Part shown: in pieces, positions 1 to 12,344 of the stretch | How the letters are laid out: every line of letters begins with the position of its first letter | How positions within the stretch are numbered: the first letter of the stretch is position 1 | Assembly: GCA_024679065.1 (NCBI GenBank) | Contig: JAGIQG010000001.1 | Coordinates: forward strand, 110,298,001 to 110,362,000 | DNA length: 64,000 nucleotides | From: Sphyrna mokarran | Lineage: Eukaryota | Direction: 5' to 3' | The notes under the pieces: model-generated | The model's database searches: none | Told to the model about the DNA's origin: nothing | Seen by the model: only the letters and a program-made list of their open reading frames with translations | Program-made: the position numbers and the translations under genes

Positions 1-206
1 CCTCTCCTTTAAAAAGAGTCCCAGATTCACCAATCTATCCACGTAACTTCTGATGCCATTCTCATAAATCTTTTCTGCATCTTCACTAAAGCCTTTGCAT
101 CCTTCCTCATGTGTGGTGTTCAGAGTTAGATACACTATTACATTTAAGGCAGAACCAGTATTTTCTAAAAATTCAGAATAATTTCCTTGCTTTTGTACTC
201 CATGCC
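1..206 (-). mobile_element. CR1-clade LINE, ORF2 C-terminal fragment (decayed)
   Basis: Minus strand reads GMEYKSKEIILNF*KILVLP...PHMRKDAKALVKMQKRFMRM, matching the CR1 motif GIEYKSKEVMLxLYKTLVRPxLEYCVQFWxPxxRKDVxALERVQRRFTRM; contains stops. Confidence 0.85.
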
Positions 207-769
207 AATGATATGTTTCTCCTTTCTCTCCATTGACACTTTCTCATCAATCATCTTTCATACAATAATACATGTCAGTTAATATTACCAGAGATGTAAT
301 CACTGCAGCTTAATAAAAGAGCACTACAGGAATAATACATTCTCCACTGAGTAAGTGGGTTAGAAAATGTGCTTTGGAACTGGCTGTCAATTACAGCCTT
401 TCATTTAACAAAAAAGCGAAATACAGTACAACAAAAGAACGGCTCAGTGTGTTACATTAATGATAAAATAACCATATTCTTTCCCTCCCTCTAGGCTGTC
501 AAAAATGTGGTCACCTGCACTTCTACTGGAACTTGACTTGGCCTATGAATTCTGAAGCTGCCACTATCTTAAAAACAATAGGCCCCTACAGCTGAGAAGC
601 TTTAGGAGCTTGAGCTGCTGGCATATTTTTAAGTGACCTCTTTTTAAGTGGCTTCTGCCACTTCTCCTGTTCTCTTCCCACCAGCTCTTAATTATGATGC
701 CCTTTATGGCAGTGTGGGCATCCGGCAGTTTTATAATAAGGGGCTCAATCCACGAACCTGGATACTCCA

Positions 770-986
770 GGTGGCATTTTCTCAACCTTCCCACTGGTCG
801 AAGCCTCCAGTCCCAACGATGATGCAGTCCCACTGTGCGTTCCCCAACAGTGTGGCATGGATTTAATGGGAAATCCCATTGACAGCAGCAGGACTGGAAG
901 ATCTCACTGTCAGCCAAGGGCACATTGCCTTTCATTGCTAAGAAACACACTGCGGGATGGTAGGGGGAAAGCAGAGAATCTCACAC
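770..986. mobile_element. Non-autonomous DNA transposon (Harbinger-type MITE), decayed
   Basis: Degenerate termini (gtggcattttct...agagaatctcacac); internal AATGGGAAATCC motif is shared with the insert at ~35110-35250. Confidence 0.45.
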
Positions 987-1932
987 TTTAATGGAGATTC
1001 CCAGCAAGCAAATAGCCAGACTTCTGTCTGGATCAAAGGTTTTCCAGGGCTTGTAACTCAAATATGCAGTTAGAATTGCAGCCTATTTTACATTCAGTAG
1101 CGTCTACTCCACAAGTATTTAAGATTGAGGATGGTAAGTATCGCAAAATGTAACAAAATAAGAATTTCAGTCCCCTATGCTTGTAATGCTACTGTTGAAT
1201 AAATCTGAATCCAATTTGTTTCTAAATTGCTAGTGTAAGCAAAAGGTTAATCAGATGCTGTCGGTGATATTTATTTTCTCTATCTCATTTTGTTGGCGGG
1301 AAATTAAATTAAGTTTGCAGTGGGTTTAGCAATAAGGTGCGAGCTGCAATGTAGCCACAACAGCACACTGGACCATTTGATATCCCACATGCATGGATTT
1401 CATTTTGTGTTGATTACAGAACAAATTGCGTGTGGCTGTTGCTTATACATAGTCAATCAACAGAGGCATCCAAGGCCTAATCAATTGAGGAAATCAATCT
1501 CGCTGACTGAAATAACTTGCAGAGAAATGAAAGGAAATTGCACCCTGGAGAGGAAGACTGATACCAATGGTCCTTTGTTAGCAAAGTTTTAAGGAGAGCT
1601 TCCATTGATAGCAGGGACCCTGTCAAGCTATTAAAGCATCAAAACATGGGAGAAGCTCTGACAGGGCCATAGCTAATATGGTCATGACTCAGTGAAAATG
1701 GGGAATACGTAGGACAGAACTTTATCTGGCAAGAGGTTCAGGTTTGATGGGGCAGATTAAATTCCCAAGAAGACAAGCGTGTGTCGGACTGTGATCGAGT
1801 ATGTGTCGAGTGTGATCCTGCTTCTTTCTGGTTTTAACTACACACAGTGCAGGGGACCTTCAAGAGAATTAGGGACCATCTAAATATGTAAAGTGACAAC
1901 TAAATCTGAAGTCAACCCTGAATTCTGACTTT

Positions 1933-2228
1933 AAGTTTATTTATTAGTGTCACAAGTATGCTTGCATTAACACTGCAATGAAGTTACTGGGAAAATCCCC
2001 TAATTGCCACATTTTGGTGCCTGTTCAGGTACACTGATGGAGAATTTAGCATGGCCAATGCACCTAAGCAGCATGTTTTTTGGAATGTGGGAGGAAACTA
2101 AAGCAATTGGAAGAAACCCACTCAGACATGGGGAGAATGCACAAATTCCACACAGATAATCACCCAAACTGGGAATCATACCCGGATCCCTGGAGTTGTG
2201 AGGCAGCAGTGCTAACTACTGTGCCACC
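1933..2228 (-). mobile_element. tRNA-derived V-SINE (HE1-like head and core) with an alternative, Rex1-like 3' tail
   Basis: Minus strand: GGTGGCACAGTAGTTAGCACTGCTGCCTCAC head (A-box), V-domain, then a tail ending TACTTGTGACACTAATAAATAAACTT instead of the CR1-type ATTCTATG tail. Confidence 0.85.
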
Positions 2229-2779
2229 TTGCTTTAACAAGCTGCGCACAGGTTTTCCAAGCAATGTGCAACTCACCAAAGTCAATTAGGCAAGAATACA
2301 ACAAGGATTGATGGCTCCATCAAACTGGCAGGTTGGGAAATCTTTAAAAATTGAGGGCAAAAGATTTTGTGGAGGAATGCAAACTGTAACAATTCCATGG
2401 GGATTGACAGCTTAATGGGCCACCACTAACTATATGTGTCGCATAATATTCTCCATTCATAGAATTGAAGAATGTAGCATGAATTACGCCAATAGCAGTC
2501 CATGGTGCTGTCTGTACTTGGAGAATCCGCATGGTTTGCATAGTGCCACTAGAGGCAGGGCAATATTCTCAAGTTTCTCTTTGCTCACAGGACTTGTTCT
2601 GAGAGCATACTTTCAGTGCTTTACAGGTGTCTTCCAACTTCTTTGAAGATATTTCTGCCTTGCTGGACCTTAGTCACTTGATCTGCATTTCCCTGCGTTC
2701 AGCCTTCAGGACAACAAGAGAGCAGGCTGAAGCAGATTTATCTTGCATCTCTGATGAGGAATAGAAAAAGGTACAACAT

Positions 2780-3204
2780 CAGCAGCAGCATTCACCATCT
2801 ATCCAGCCAGATGCCATTTCACAGGATCAAGGAGATGGACCCAGGACTCTAGCTTGAAGGAAGCTGTCGCCCAACATAGGATCTACTGGCAGAGGACCAG
2901 ATCTTTCAACTTGTGTGAGTACCAGTGCCTGAGGAGGCCCAGATTTTCACAGCAGGCCATTGCTGACATCTGGAACAAACCCTCTGAGACCTGATCTTTC
3001 AAATGAACCAGTGAGGTGCACATTGCCCATGGCCATCACGATAACCATAATTTTGATTCTTCTTGCCTCCAGCATTAGCCAAAGGCCTGTTTCTCCCAGG
3101 TGACCAAAGAAACATTTTCAAAAATTGCCAACTACATCCATTTTGCTGCTGAGGAGACATGTCAAAGCAAGAGGGCCCTCACCTTTGCTCCTCTAGTTGA
3201 ATGC
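2780..3204 (+). mobile_element. PIF/Harbinger DDE transposase remnant, N-terminal half
   Basis: QHRIYWQR..FNLCEYQCLRRPRFSQQAIADI..LPMAITITII..QVTKETFSKIANYIHF..ALTFAPLVEC resembles the HARBI1-like transposase N-terminus; frameshifted. Confidence 0.75.
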
Positions 3205-4922
3205 ACACCTCGTCACAATGGATGTCACAGCATTCTGCACCAGCATCCCCCACGACCATGGCATTGCTGCAACTGCCTCAGTATTAATGCCGACAACTGC
3301 CAGTCTCCAGATGCAATTTTACAACTCATCCGTGTCATCCTGGACCACAATGTCTTCACCTTCAACAACCAGTTCTTCATTGAGACACACAGAACAGCTA
3401 TGGGGACCAAATTCGCACCTCAAAATGCCAACATCTTCATGCACAGGTTTGAATAAAACCTCTTCACCGCACAGGACCTTCAATTGACGCTATACACTAG
3501 ATAAATTGATGACATTTTCTTCCTTTGGACTCATGGTGAACAATCACTGAAACAACTATATCATGGCATCAACAAGTTCCATCCCACCGCCCCGCATTAC
3601 TCTCTGGAATCAGTTGTATTCTTGGACACACACATCTCCATTAATGATGGTCACCTCAGCACTCAGTGTATCGCAAGCCCACGGATAACCTCATGATGCT
3701 CCATTTCTCCAGCTTCCATCATAAGCACGTTAAACAAACCATCCCCTATGGACAAGCCCTCCGTATACACATGATCTACTCGGATGAGGAGTATCACAAC
3801 AGGCTCCTCCAGATGCTGAAAGATGAACTCATAAGATCAGGATATGGTGCTCGATTCATTGACTGACAGTTCCGACGTGCCACAGCGAGAAACCACAGAA
3901 GACAAACACAGGACACAGCTGACAGAGTACCTTTTTTCGTCCAGTTCTTCCCCGAAGCGGAGAAGCTACGACATCTTCTCTGTAGCCTTCAACATGTCAC
4001 TGATGAAGAAGAACATCTTGCCAAGGCCATCCCCATACCCCCACTTCTTGCCTTCAAACAACCGCACAACGTCAAACAGACCACTATCCGCAGCACACTA
4101 CTGGAGAACAGTGACCACAACACCACACAACCCTGCCACAGCAACCTCTGCAACATGTACCGGATCATCAACACAGATGCCACCATCTCACATAAGAACA
4201 CCATCCATTAGATACATGGTACATACTCTTGTAATTCAGCAATGTTATCTACCTGATATGCTATAGGAAAGGATGTCCCAAGGCATGGTACATTGGGGAG
4301 ACCATGTAGACGCTACGACAAGGATGAATGAATACCGCTTGACAATCAGCAGGCAAGAGTTTTCTCTTCCTGTTGGGGAACACTTCAGTGGTCACTGGCA
4401 TTCAGCCTCTGATCTTCAGGTAAGCGTTCTCCAAGACAGCCTTCATGACACATGACAGCATAGAGTCGCTAAGCAGAAACTGATAGCCAAATTCTGCACC
4501 CATGAGGACAGCCTCAACCGGGATCTTGGGTTCATGTCACATGCACAGGCTTGCAAAATCTCACTAACTGTCTTGGCTGGAGACAATGCACATCTCTTTA
4601 GCATCTGCTTAATGCTCTCATCACTCACATTATTTGTAATGTGACTTGATTTACGACTTGATTACCTGTAAAGATTTGCATTCCAACCGTTGTTTATCAC
4701 TTTACACTTTAATATGTGCACAAATTCATGTCACAAAAATGTTCAAAGATTTCAGAGATCCAACCATTATTTTGTAAATTGAGTTTGTGTTTTTGTATTC
4801 TCTGTTTGTGAACAGCACTCCCACATACTTGATGAAGGAGCAGCACTCCGAAAGCTAATGGATTTTGCTACCAAATAAACCATTTGGACTTTAACCAGGT
4901 ATTGTGAGACTTCTTACTGTGC
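3205..4922 (+). mobile_element. Penelope-like retroelement (probably Neptune clade), 5'-truncated: RT, GIY-YIG endonuclease and 3' pLTR
   Basis: RT motifs LVTMDVTAFCTSIPH, TAMGTKFAPQNANIFM, IDDIFFLW, YRKPTDN, IPYGQALRIH. Cys-containing linker PCHSNLC. EN motif NVIYLI..WYIGET (~4238-4302). 3' end has AATAAA and the pLTR. Many stops and frameshifts. Confidence 0.92.
4826..4860 (+). ncRNA. Degenerate minimal type-I hammerhead ribozyme in the Penelope pLTR
   Basis: tac-TTGATGA-a-GGAG-cagca-CTCC-GAAA-gc-TA-atg. The CUGANGA core has C3 changed to U; stem II and GAAA are intact. Minimal hammerheads are an established feature of Penelope pLTRs. Confidence 0.65.
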
Positions 4923-5082
4923 CCAAATGTACAGAGAGTCAGAGATCACGCACATGTGCCAACCATGGCATCCTTAGATTAAACAGCAATCCCAGTCAGT
5001 TTGGAACCCTATCAATGTTCAGCTGGTTATGTATCCACAAGGAAATGTGCATGCAGATTTTTGCACGGTAACCTAGAAGTTT
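4923..5082 (+). mobile_element. PIF/Harbinger transposase remnant, continuing after the Penelope insertion
   Basis: PNVQRVRDHAHV (cf. FPQVQGAIDCTHV) and INVQLV..MQIFAR*PRS (cf. INVQLVCD..ARYPGS). Confidence 0.75.
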
Positions 5083-5559
5083 CTTTAAAGCTTTCATTCT
5101 TCACCCAGGGATGACAGCAGCCAAAGATAAAAAAAACTCTGAACAGTTTTGTGACACAGAATTGTGTATATATTAAAGTGCAGAGTGACAAAATCACTGC
5201 AGTGTAAGGAAATAAAATTATGTTACTTTTAATGACCTAGTGAAATGCAAATACTTGCAGCCACATCATATGAGTGGAATTTAAAAATATCTTGAGATGA
5301 ATGCACTTGGATTCATTGGACAGACTTTTACCAGTTCATTCTATCCATTGATGGGCAAGTGAGCTGGTAAAATAGCACAAGAGACACGAAATGAGAGTTG
5401 CACTCAATTTCTCGGCGCTCACGATCCTTCTGGAACTGGATTTCAGGCGAGAGGCTGAATAAATTATTTGAATTTATTTTAATAGTCATTAGCATGTGTT
5501 CTGTGAGCCCAGTGCTCAATTGTTCAGGTTCACTTGCCTTTATGGCTTTGTCAGGAGAG

Positions 5560-6272
5560 GTTCTCTCCAGTGAGGAAAACACTTGCTCCCCATGAACCGA
5601 GAACTTATATGTTGCCCTCAGCAGTAGAACCAGAGGTCATTGAGGCTCCCTTGGGAGGCCAAGAGACAGGTGTTGTGCCCCTCGGGCAGTGCCAGTCTGG
5701 CAGCTTGGCAGTGCCCACTGAACATCTTGGTATTGCCCACTGGGCAGTGACAGAGGTGGATCTATTTGAGAAGGAGCTGGGGTAAGAGAGCCTGCTAGGT
5801 GAGGAGACAGGCTGGGGCAGCCCGTTCCAAGACAGAAGCCCAACAGTGCACTCAACTTGCGATCAGTGGCCAGTGGGACAGTGGGGGAGGGGTGCGATCA
5901 ATCTGGGTAGCAGGGATATATTCTTAAACAGTATGGCTCACGATCAGCCATAGTTGTGGGTTGGTTAGGCCAATTCCAACTGCAGAGACCTGACAACTCT
6001 CTCTCTTTCTCCCATTCTCTGCCAAGCCTCTGTCAGTGGAATTGCACATGTGCAGCTAAAGAGGTCTGTACATTTGCAACAGCTCCTTCTGCTGCTAGCT
6101 GGCGAATTAAGACCTGCCCACTGCTTGTACTGGCTCAAAACAGTCTAGCCCATTTTTTTCAATATTTTGGTCCATAGGATTGGGAGTAAAAACTCGCTCA
6201 AAAAATAGATTTGAAACTCTTCCATTTTCACACTAGCTGGATAGTTAGAATTTTTCTCATCAAATTCCACCC
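5560..6272. mobile_element. Non-autonomous Harbinger-type element (family B)
   Basis: Terminal block ccattttcacact..ttagaatttttc..aaattccaccc is the reverse complement of the start of the TSD-flanked element at 62394; ggcagtgcc-rich interior. Left boundary approximate. Confidence 0.55.
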
Positions 6273-7259
6273 TGTGTCTAAAAATGAATCTAACAATGAT
6301 CTGGCTGAACTGCTGACTTTTCAATTATATAATTACAAAGGAACAGAATACGAAGCCCACTAAAACCCAAGAGGAGGAGAATGTTTGATGAGGATGGATG
6401 GCCAGGTTTGCATTTTTGGAATAGATGAAGCAAAGTTGGGAAAGAAGATTCCTTTCACCACTTCCCTCAGTAATCATGCTGTACCTAGTTAACACACTAG
6501 CGACTTAATGCAGTACCATTAGAAAATGAAGGAGCCCAAATTAATGCCCTTTACTTTCCCAATAGTAACTTGAATTGCAGACATGAATGGCAGCCTAGTC
6601 TTTCTGAACTTCCCTCCTTTTTTTCTTTTCTCCACCTCAGCCTTCCCGAAGGATGTTAAATGGGTCAGATTGTAATCCAGGAACTGGCCAAAAAGCAACA
6701 GTGTAGATGAAAGTGTCCTGCAAGGTTGCATTGGGACCAGTTACAATAAATATTCCACAGGTACCCGCTCTCCCACCCTTGATGCTCCTCTAATCATAGA
6801 TTCTGTCTCTGGAGGAGTAGTAAGAAGAGGAGGGAGGGAACTTGTGATTGGAGGAGCTGGAGCAGCGAACATTGGAGAGACAGAATCTGTGACTGGAGGA
6901 GTTGCTCTGTCTCTCTCACATTTATTATTCCTCTGATCATAATTCCCCAGTCAGTTCCCGCTCTCACTGATTGATAGCAGAGTTGCAATCTTTTAGGCTT
7001 ATATTTCACTCAAGCCCTGATGGCTGGCATGTATACCTAAAATGGAAGATTTCGAAGACAAAATTGTCATAAATATGCCAAATGGCAGAGATTTCTCATA
7101 CGTTTTCACCTGTCGCATCTCCCACAGATCTTCAGACCTCCAAAGAGAGTGAGCAGGTGGATCCCTGGAGACAAGGACATGAGTTGATGATAACACAGTT
7201 TAGCTGGCCAAGAAATGGGGGATAAAATTGGAGCCAAATCATTTTATACTTGGAAAATT

Positions 7260-7660
7260 TTATTTGCAGGGACACGCACTACATATCATGCACTTCTTAT
7301 TCAACAACCACAGCTGTAGCTGATCCTAAATATATAAACACATTTAAATCCTCCAATTGATGCCTAGTATCTGAGTACATTAGCCATTGGGCTGCTTAAG
7401 ATGGAGATCAGGTACCTGAATAGAACTGGGGGGATATTCTGCAGTTTGAACCAGCAAAGGTGTCCAGGAATGGGGCTGGTTTATTATGTTTTGCACAATG
7501 TTGTGATGCAGAAAGGGCTAGAACTGCAGAAGAAGAAAGACGAGAACCATTCTGTGTCCTCAGAGAAAGGGGAAGAAAGAAATCTGATGTGTCCAGGATT
7601 CCTGCTAGAGTACCTCATGACAAACTCAGCCAGGCATGATTCAGATAACTTGAGGCTGTG
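7260..7660 (+). mobile_element. PIF/Harbinger transposase remnant, C-terminal part
   Basis: AIGLLKMEIRYLNRTGG...VYYVLHNVVMQKG matches the IGLLKMRFRCLDRSGG...CCxLHN motif, followed by an acidic tail. Confidence 0.75.
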
Positions 7661-7869
7661 AAGCCTCCACCACCACTCCAACACCAATCATTTCAACAAT
7701 CAAAAATCTCCCCATCCCATTCACAGCCATTGCTCATCTCCAGCTCTGGCCATATCATTCTCCTCATTACCAGCTGGAAAATGGAAAGAAACAAAGGAGG
7801 TGACAGAAGGATGGAGACTTGACATAAATTGCATGATGCATTTTCATTTTCTGATATATATCAATAGTA

Positions 7870-9010
7870 CTTTGTTGTAATCTTCTAAATGAATCTTGAT
7901 ATGCAACTACAGAGTCTTTCTTCTATGTGGTGCCAAGCAGAGCTGGAAGCAGGCTGCTCATCGCACTGTTCAGACTGACAGATGCTGGTGGCCAATGGCC
8001 TCTGGGAGAACACACCAGACACTGTCTCGCAAGCCCCTGTGTCAGGACAGACTCAGCCATCAGGACAGAAGTCAGCTTGTAGGGCATTGACTGTGGGAAG
8101 GTGTGGGAGGGTAAGTGATGAGCTTGAGGCAACAGCATAACAGCAATGTTACAGGATTAGTAATCCAGATGCCTAGGCTGATTCTTTAGGGGTAGAAGTT
8201 CAAACCCCACCATAGCATCTGGGGGAGTTTAAATTCAATTAAGTAATAAATCTGCAGTAAAATGCTGGTCTCATTATTGATGACCATGAAATGAGTGGAT
8301 TATCATAAAACTCATTTCCAAGCATATTTAGAGATGAGCATAGATAGCTGATGTTGACAGCAATGCTCACATTCCAAGAAAAAAATGAACTGAGCCCTCA
8401 CTTCCATGTGCCCTTTTACCATCTTCCTTTTGATTGGCCCACCTGCACTTCCCTCCCAGCCAAGGAGTGGAGAACAATTTGCTGACCTGCATGAAGTTCT
8501 CTTCCATCCTATTAAAAGTGGCAGACTGAGTGTGCAGGCAATCGGTCAGTGCTAGCATGCTGTCAGTTACCTGATGTGTCTGAGGTGCCATGTAAGTGAT
8601 CACTCTTTCCCAAATTTAAGACTGGCTCTTCCAAGAGTGCAAATGCCTCTGGAAATGTTGGCAGAAACTCGCATATTTTCCATTACTTTTCCGAATAGTC
8701 TTCTCTCTCTGGAAGACTCTAAGTTTCAGCACCAGTGTCCCTCTGAGCACAACTTGGAGTACCCTGAATCCTCTGACAGGGGCCCTTCATTGCTGTCCCT
8801 GTCACCAATAGCTTCTCCTGCTCAGCTGTGAAAGTGGCCTCACCATGTGACAACATAACTAAGTCTCTGCCGGACCCCGTTGAAATGTGTCGACCTGTTT
8901 TAGTGGACAGTGCACTTGAGGCATCTGACAATGCTTCATCAGGATTCCCATTGAGGAACTCCTCACTTCCTCCTTCATCGTGCTTGAAGGGCCAATGGTA
9001 AATGAAAGGC
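7870..9010 (-). mobile_element. Probable Harbinger second-ORF (Myb/SANT partner) remnant
   Basis: Lies convergent to the transposase C-terminus, as expected for Harbinger. Ser-rich, coiled-coil-like ORF fragments at 8367-8603 and 8719-9012. No diagnostic motif. Confidence 0.35.
8143..8320 (+). mobile_element. tRNA-derived SINE, second family, 5' fragment
   Basis: ggattagtaatccag..gttcaaaccccacc (B-box-like)..aaattcaat..gatgaccatgaaa; aligns with the full copy at 48911-49260. Confidence 0.75.
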
Positions 9011-9586
9011 ATGAATTAGACTGACATGGGGAAAAGGTTAAATGTCAATGTGCAGATGTTCACATATCAGTTCGTGGTGATAGCTGCAGCCCAAGTGATT
9101 GCTGTGTGACAAGTGGCAGTGTGATTTTAATACCAGGTATCATGGAGATTCCCATTTCTCCATAACAAGTGGTTATGCGGTCTGCCATTCTGCCAATGTC
9201 TAAGGATTCCTCTTCAAATGGAGACTGGGTTGGGGTAGTTAAAATTCTATCATTAACATCCAAACAGCCAGCAAAATGGTCCTCACTTTTGAGGAATATA
9301 TTTCTGGCATAATAAAGTGACACAGTAGTCAGTGTGCGTAACTTCTTTAAACAAATCATCAAATTAGATAAGATTAAGGATTAGATTTGCAAAATGAATG
9401 GTGAATCAATGCTTATAATTTTTTAGAATATGGGATGAACCAGCAAAATAATAGATCATTCTTAAAGATCATTCTTAAATGTTTCTCTCTTTGGCATCCA
9501 AGAAAAAGCAGACAGCGTGAGATATGTAGATATATAGCATTTGAATATAAATTAATTAATAATGTAATTATGCTATCTCATACATT

Positions 9587-9878
9587 GTGGCACAGTTGTT
9601 AGCACTGCTGCCTCACAGCTTTGTGTTTAATTCCAGCCTTGGCTGACGATCTGTCTGGCATTGCACATTTTCCCCCTTTCTGCAAGGGTTTCCTTTGGCT
9701 GCTACAGTTCCAAAGATGTGCGAGTTAAATGGATTGGCCATGCTAAATTGACCCTAGTGTCAAGGGAACCAACAGGGTAAATATACGTGGTTCCAGGAAT
9801 AGGGCCTGGGTGGGATTGTTGTTGGTGCAGATTCAATAGTCCAAATTTCCTCCCTCTGTGCTATAGGGATTCTATGAT
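9587..9878 (+). mobile_element. HE1-like V-SINE, near full length, CR1-type tail
   Basis: gtggcacagttgttagcactgctgcctcacag head, ggattggccatgctaaattg core, agggattctatgat tail. Confidence 0.9.
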
Positions 9879-10974
9879 CGCACAGTGAGATCACAAGGAA
9901 ATTATAGAGCTATTTATATATCAGGAGACAGCAGATGTTATGGAAACATTTATCCCTGTATCAATGAATTTTATTATCTCAAATAATCCATGAATTATGA
10001 TTTGTCAAACAATATTTCACACCCATATTTCCAAGAGAGGCCAAGTTTTATGGACGGCTGTAAAGCCTGTCACTCAGAGAATTAGTCATTTCTGTCATTT
10101 ACAAAGCAATATTAATTCCATGTTTTTGTTTTCAAAATGGTAACTGTTAAAATAAAACATTGAGCAAATCAATGGCTGGGAAACTGTGAACAGATTATGA
10201 TTGTAATTAACAAGGTGCATCTGAAAAATCCTGTTCGACTTGAATTTAATGATTATAAACTCAAATTTCAACCACTGAATCAGAAAATTAATGATTAGAA
10301 AGTTACTGTAAGATTGCTTATATAATTTTCCAGTCAATAACATATCTAAGTAATATGTTTTTGGAAGAGACTATGAACGCATTTTTACCAACACTAATGT
10401 GAGTAAAATTACCATTTGCCAAAATTTTAAAATGTATTGACTCAACCATCCATTTACATCTGTCCTGACTGTTGTTTCCATTAATGTTAACCGGGAGAAG
10501 TGTTCACCTGTTGTTTCAATTCATAAGCTCATACTGGGATAGATTTTTCCAAAATGTGCAGATTCTGTGTAAGTGAAATATTGTTCCCTATATCATGTAA
10601 AAACTCAAGAAATAGGAGCAGGTAAAAGTCCTATTTTTTCTCAGTTTCCTCCATCATTCAATAAAATGTTCCACCTCAAATCCACCTTCCTGCTCCATCG
10701 TCACAGAAATTACATTGGACAGGAATTAAAATCAGGGCCAGAACTTTATGCTCCCCCGTCACCTCACTGTGCGGGTTTGAGGTGGTGCAGTCATAGGGAC
10801 TGCTTATTTGTATGGATAGACCACTGCCCTCTTCCCGTTCTGAATTATTGTGGGAATTTCTATTTCTTCTGGAAACTGTCCCACCCAGTCATTTCACACA
10901 ATTGAATAGTTCCTTTGCCTGTTGTGTCCTCAAGCTCATCATCATCACCAGTCCATCACACTAATTCTCTTCCA

Positions 10975-11237
10975 CCTTCTCTCATTAGGGAAAAGGTACA
11001 AAAGTTTGACCAACTAAAGAACAGCTTCTTCCCTGCTGCCATCAGACTTTTGAATGGACGTACCTTATATTAAACTGATCCTTCTCTTCACCCTGGCTAT
11101 GACTGTGACACTACATTCTGCATACTACCCTTACCTTTACCCAAGGAATCTATGAACGGTATGCTTTGTCTGTCTAGCGCTTTGGAAACAATACTTTTAA
11201 CTATAGACCAATACATATGACAATAATCAAATCAAAC
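10975..11237 (+). mobile_element. Rex1/Babar LINE 3' end
   Basis: TNQLKNSFFPAAIRLLNG-like C-terminus, 3' UTR and (TCAAA)n tail; tcttcca occurs at both flanks. Confidence 0.85.
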
Positions 11238-11953
11238 CATCTTCCAGAGTATTTCGGTTATTTTTACTTCTCATTTGTACTGTTGCTCTGTCTGTGACAA
11301 CTCATTTACTATCTTCTTTCCTTATTCTACACGTCCTTTCCCAGTGATAGAAGTTTCCATGACTCCTATGGTTTAATCTGTATGCGGAATGTTTCCATCT
11401 GTCTGTCAATTGATGTTGTCATCGCAGCTCTTGTGCATCTTTCTCTGCCTGATATGCACTCAGTTGCTGCTGTTTCTCAGCATTAACCCTGCTGCATTTC
11501 TTCAACGTGGCTGAGTGTCACTTATTTGGGTAGTCATCATTTTCATCCATCCATGGCTTCATGAGCTTTGGCAATGTCTGCAGGCCGCAATGTTGAGAAT
11601 TTGTCCTGGAAGATTTGTTTAGCTGGAAAATAAAGGAAGAAATCTACAGTAACCCTCAATTTAAGACAGTTAAACTGGTTGCAGTTGAAGTTCTGGAAGT
11701 GATCAGCATGGCTGCCCATTGAAACCATGTGGGCTTTCTAATGGTTGTAAGGCACTATGCAGGAGTGCTGGGAGGCTGAGCTGGAGCTGCAAAATCCAGA
11801 ATGGTGAGGTTGATTAAAAATTGTCTCAGCCACAAGATAATGGGAGACCTCCCCATCAAATCTATACCTTATTAAATTGCTGGAATCTTGATGTGAAACC
11901 AGAATGAATTCTGAAGGACAGTGATATATCTTTTGAGTTGGTCCCAGGAAAAG

Positions 11954-12135
11954 TCATAAAATCATCGTATTACTCCAGTGCAGAAGGAGATCATTTGGCC
12001 CATCATATATGCACTGACTTTCCAATAAAGCATCTTCTCCATAACCCCACACATTTAACTAGCTAATTTAATTAACCTTGGGATACTGAGGGGCAATTTA
12101 ACATGGTGAATCCATTTAATTTGCACATCTTTGGA
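11954..12135 (-). mobile_element. HE1-like V-SINE, 3' half
   Basis: cagtgcagaaggag..tttggcccatc..ggggcaatttaacatgg..ttgcacatctttgga is the reverse of the HE1 core and tail. Confidence 0.75.
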
Positions 12136-12344
12136 AATGACTGAAGCTTAAAGATTTTGTAAGATAATGGAGACCCTGGGGGGAAATGGAAAGTAGAACA
12201 GAGTTTATATCATCAATCTTTATAAGTACTAACTTAATCAAGCTTAGATTGTTTAATTCTTCTTATCATTGATATACAGTAAGGTTTTTTTCATTAAAAA
12301 TGGGAGATCTTGTAGCATAGTTCAGTTAATTTCTTCTTGCATAG

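Noticed and set aside
495-950. Strong acceptor (ttccctccctctag) and ORFs 564-950 and 648-866
   Set aside because: All three frames stop within ~100 nt of the acceptor, and the ORFs run into a MITE. A non-coding exon cannot be excluded without RNA data.
10860-11500. Very old Penelope RT fragment flanking the Rex1 insertion
   Set aside because: Only a faint resemblance, with no intact motif to quote.
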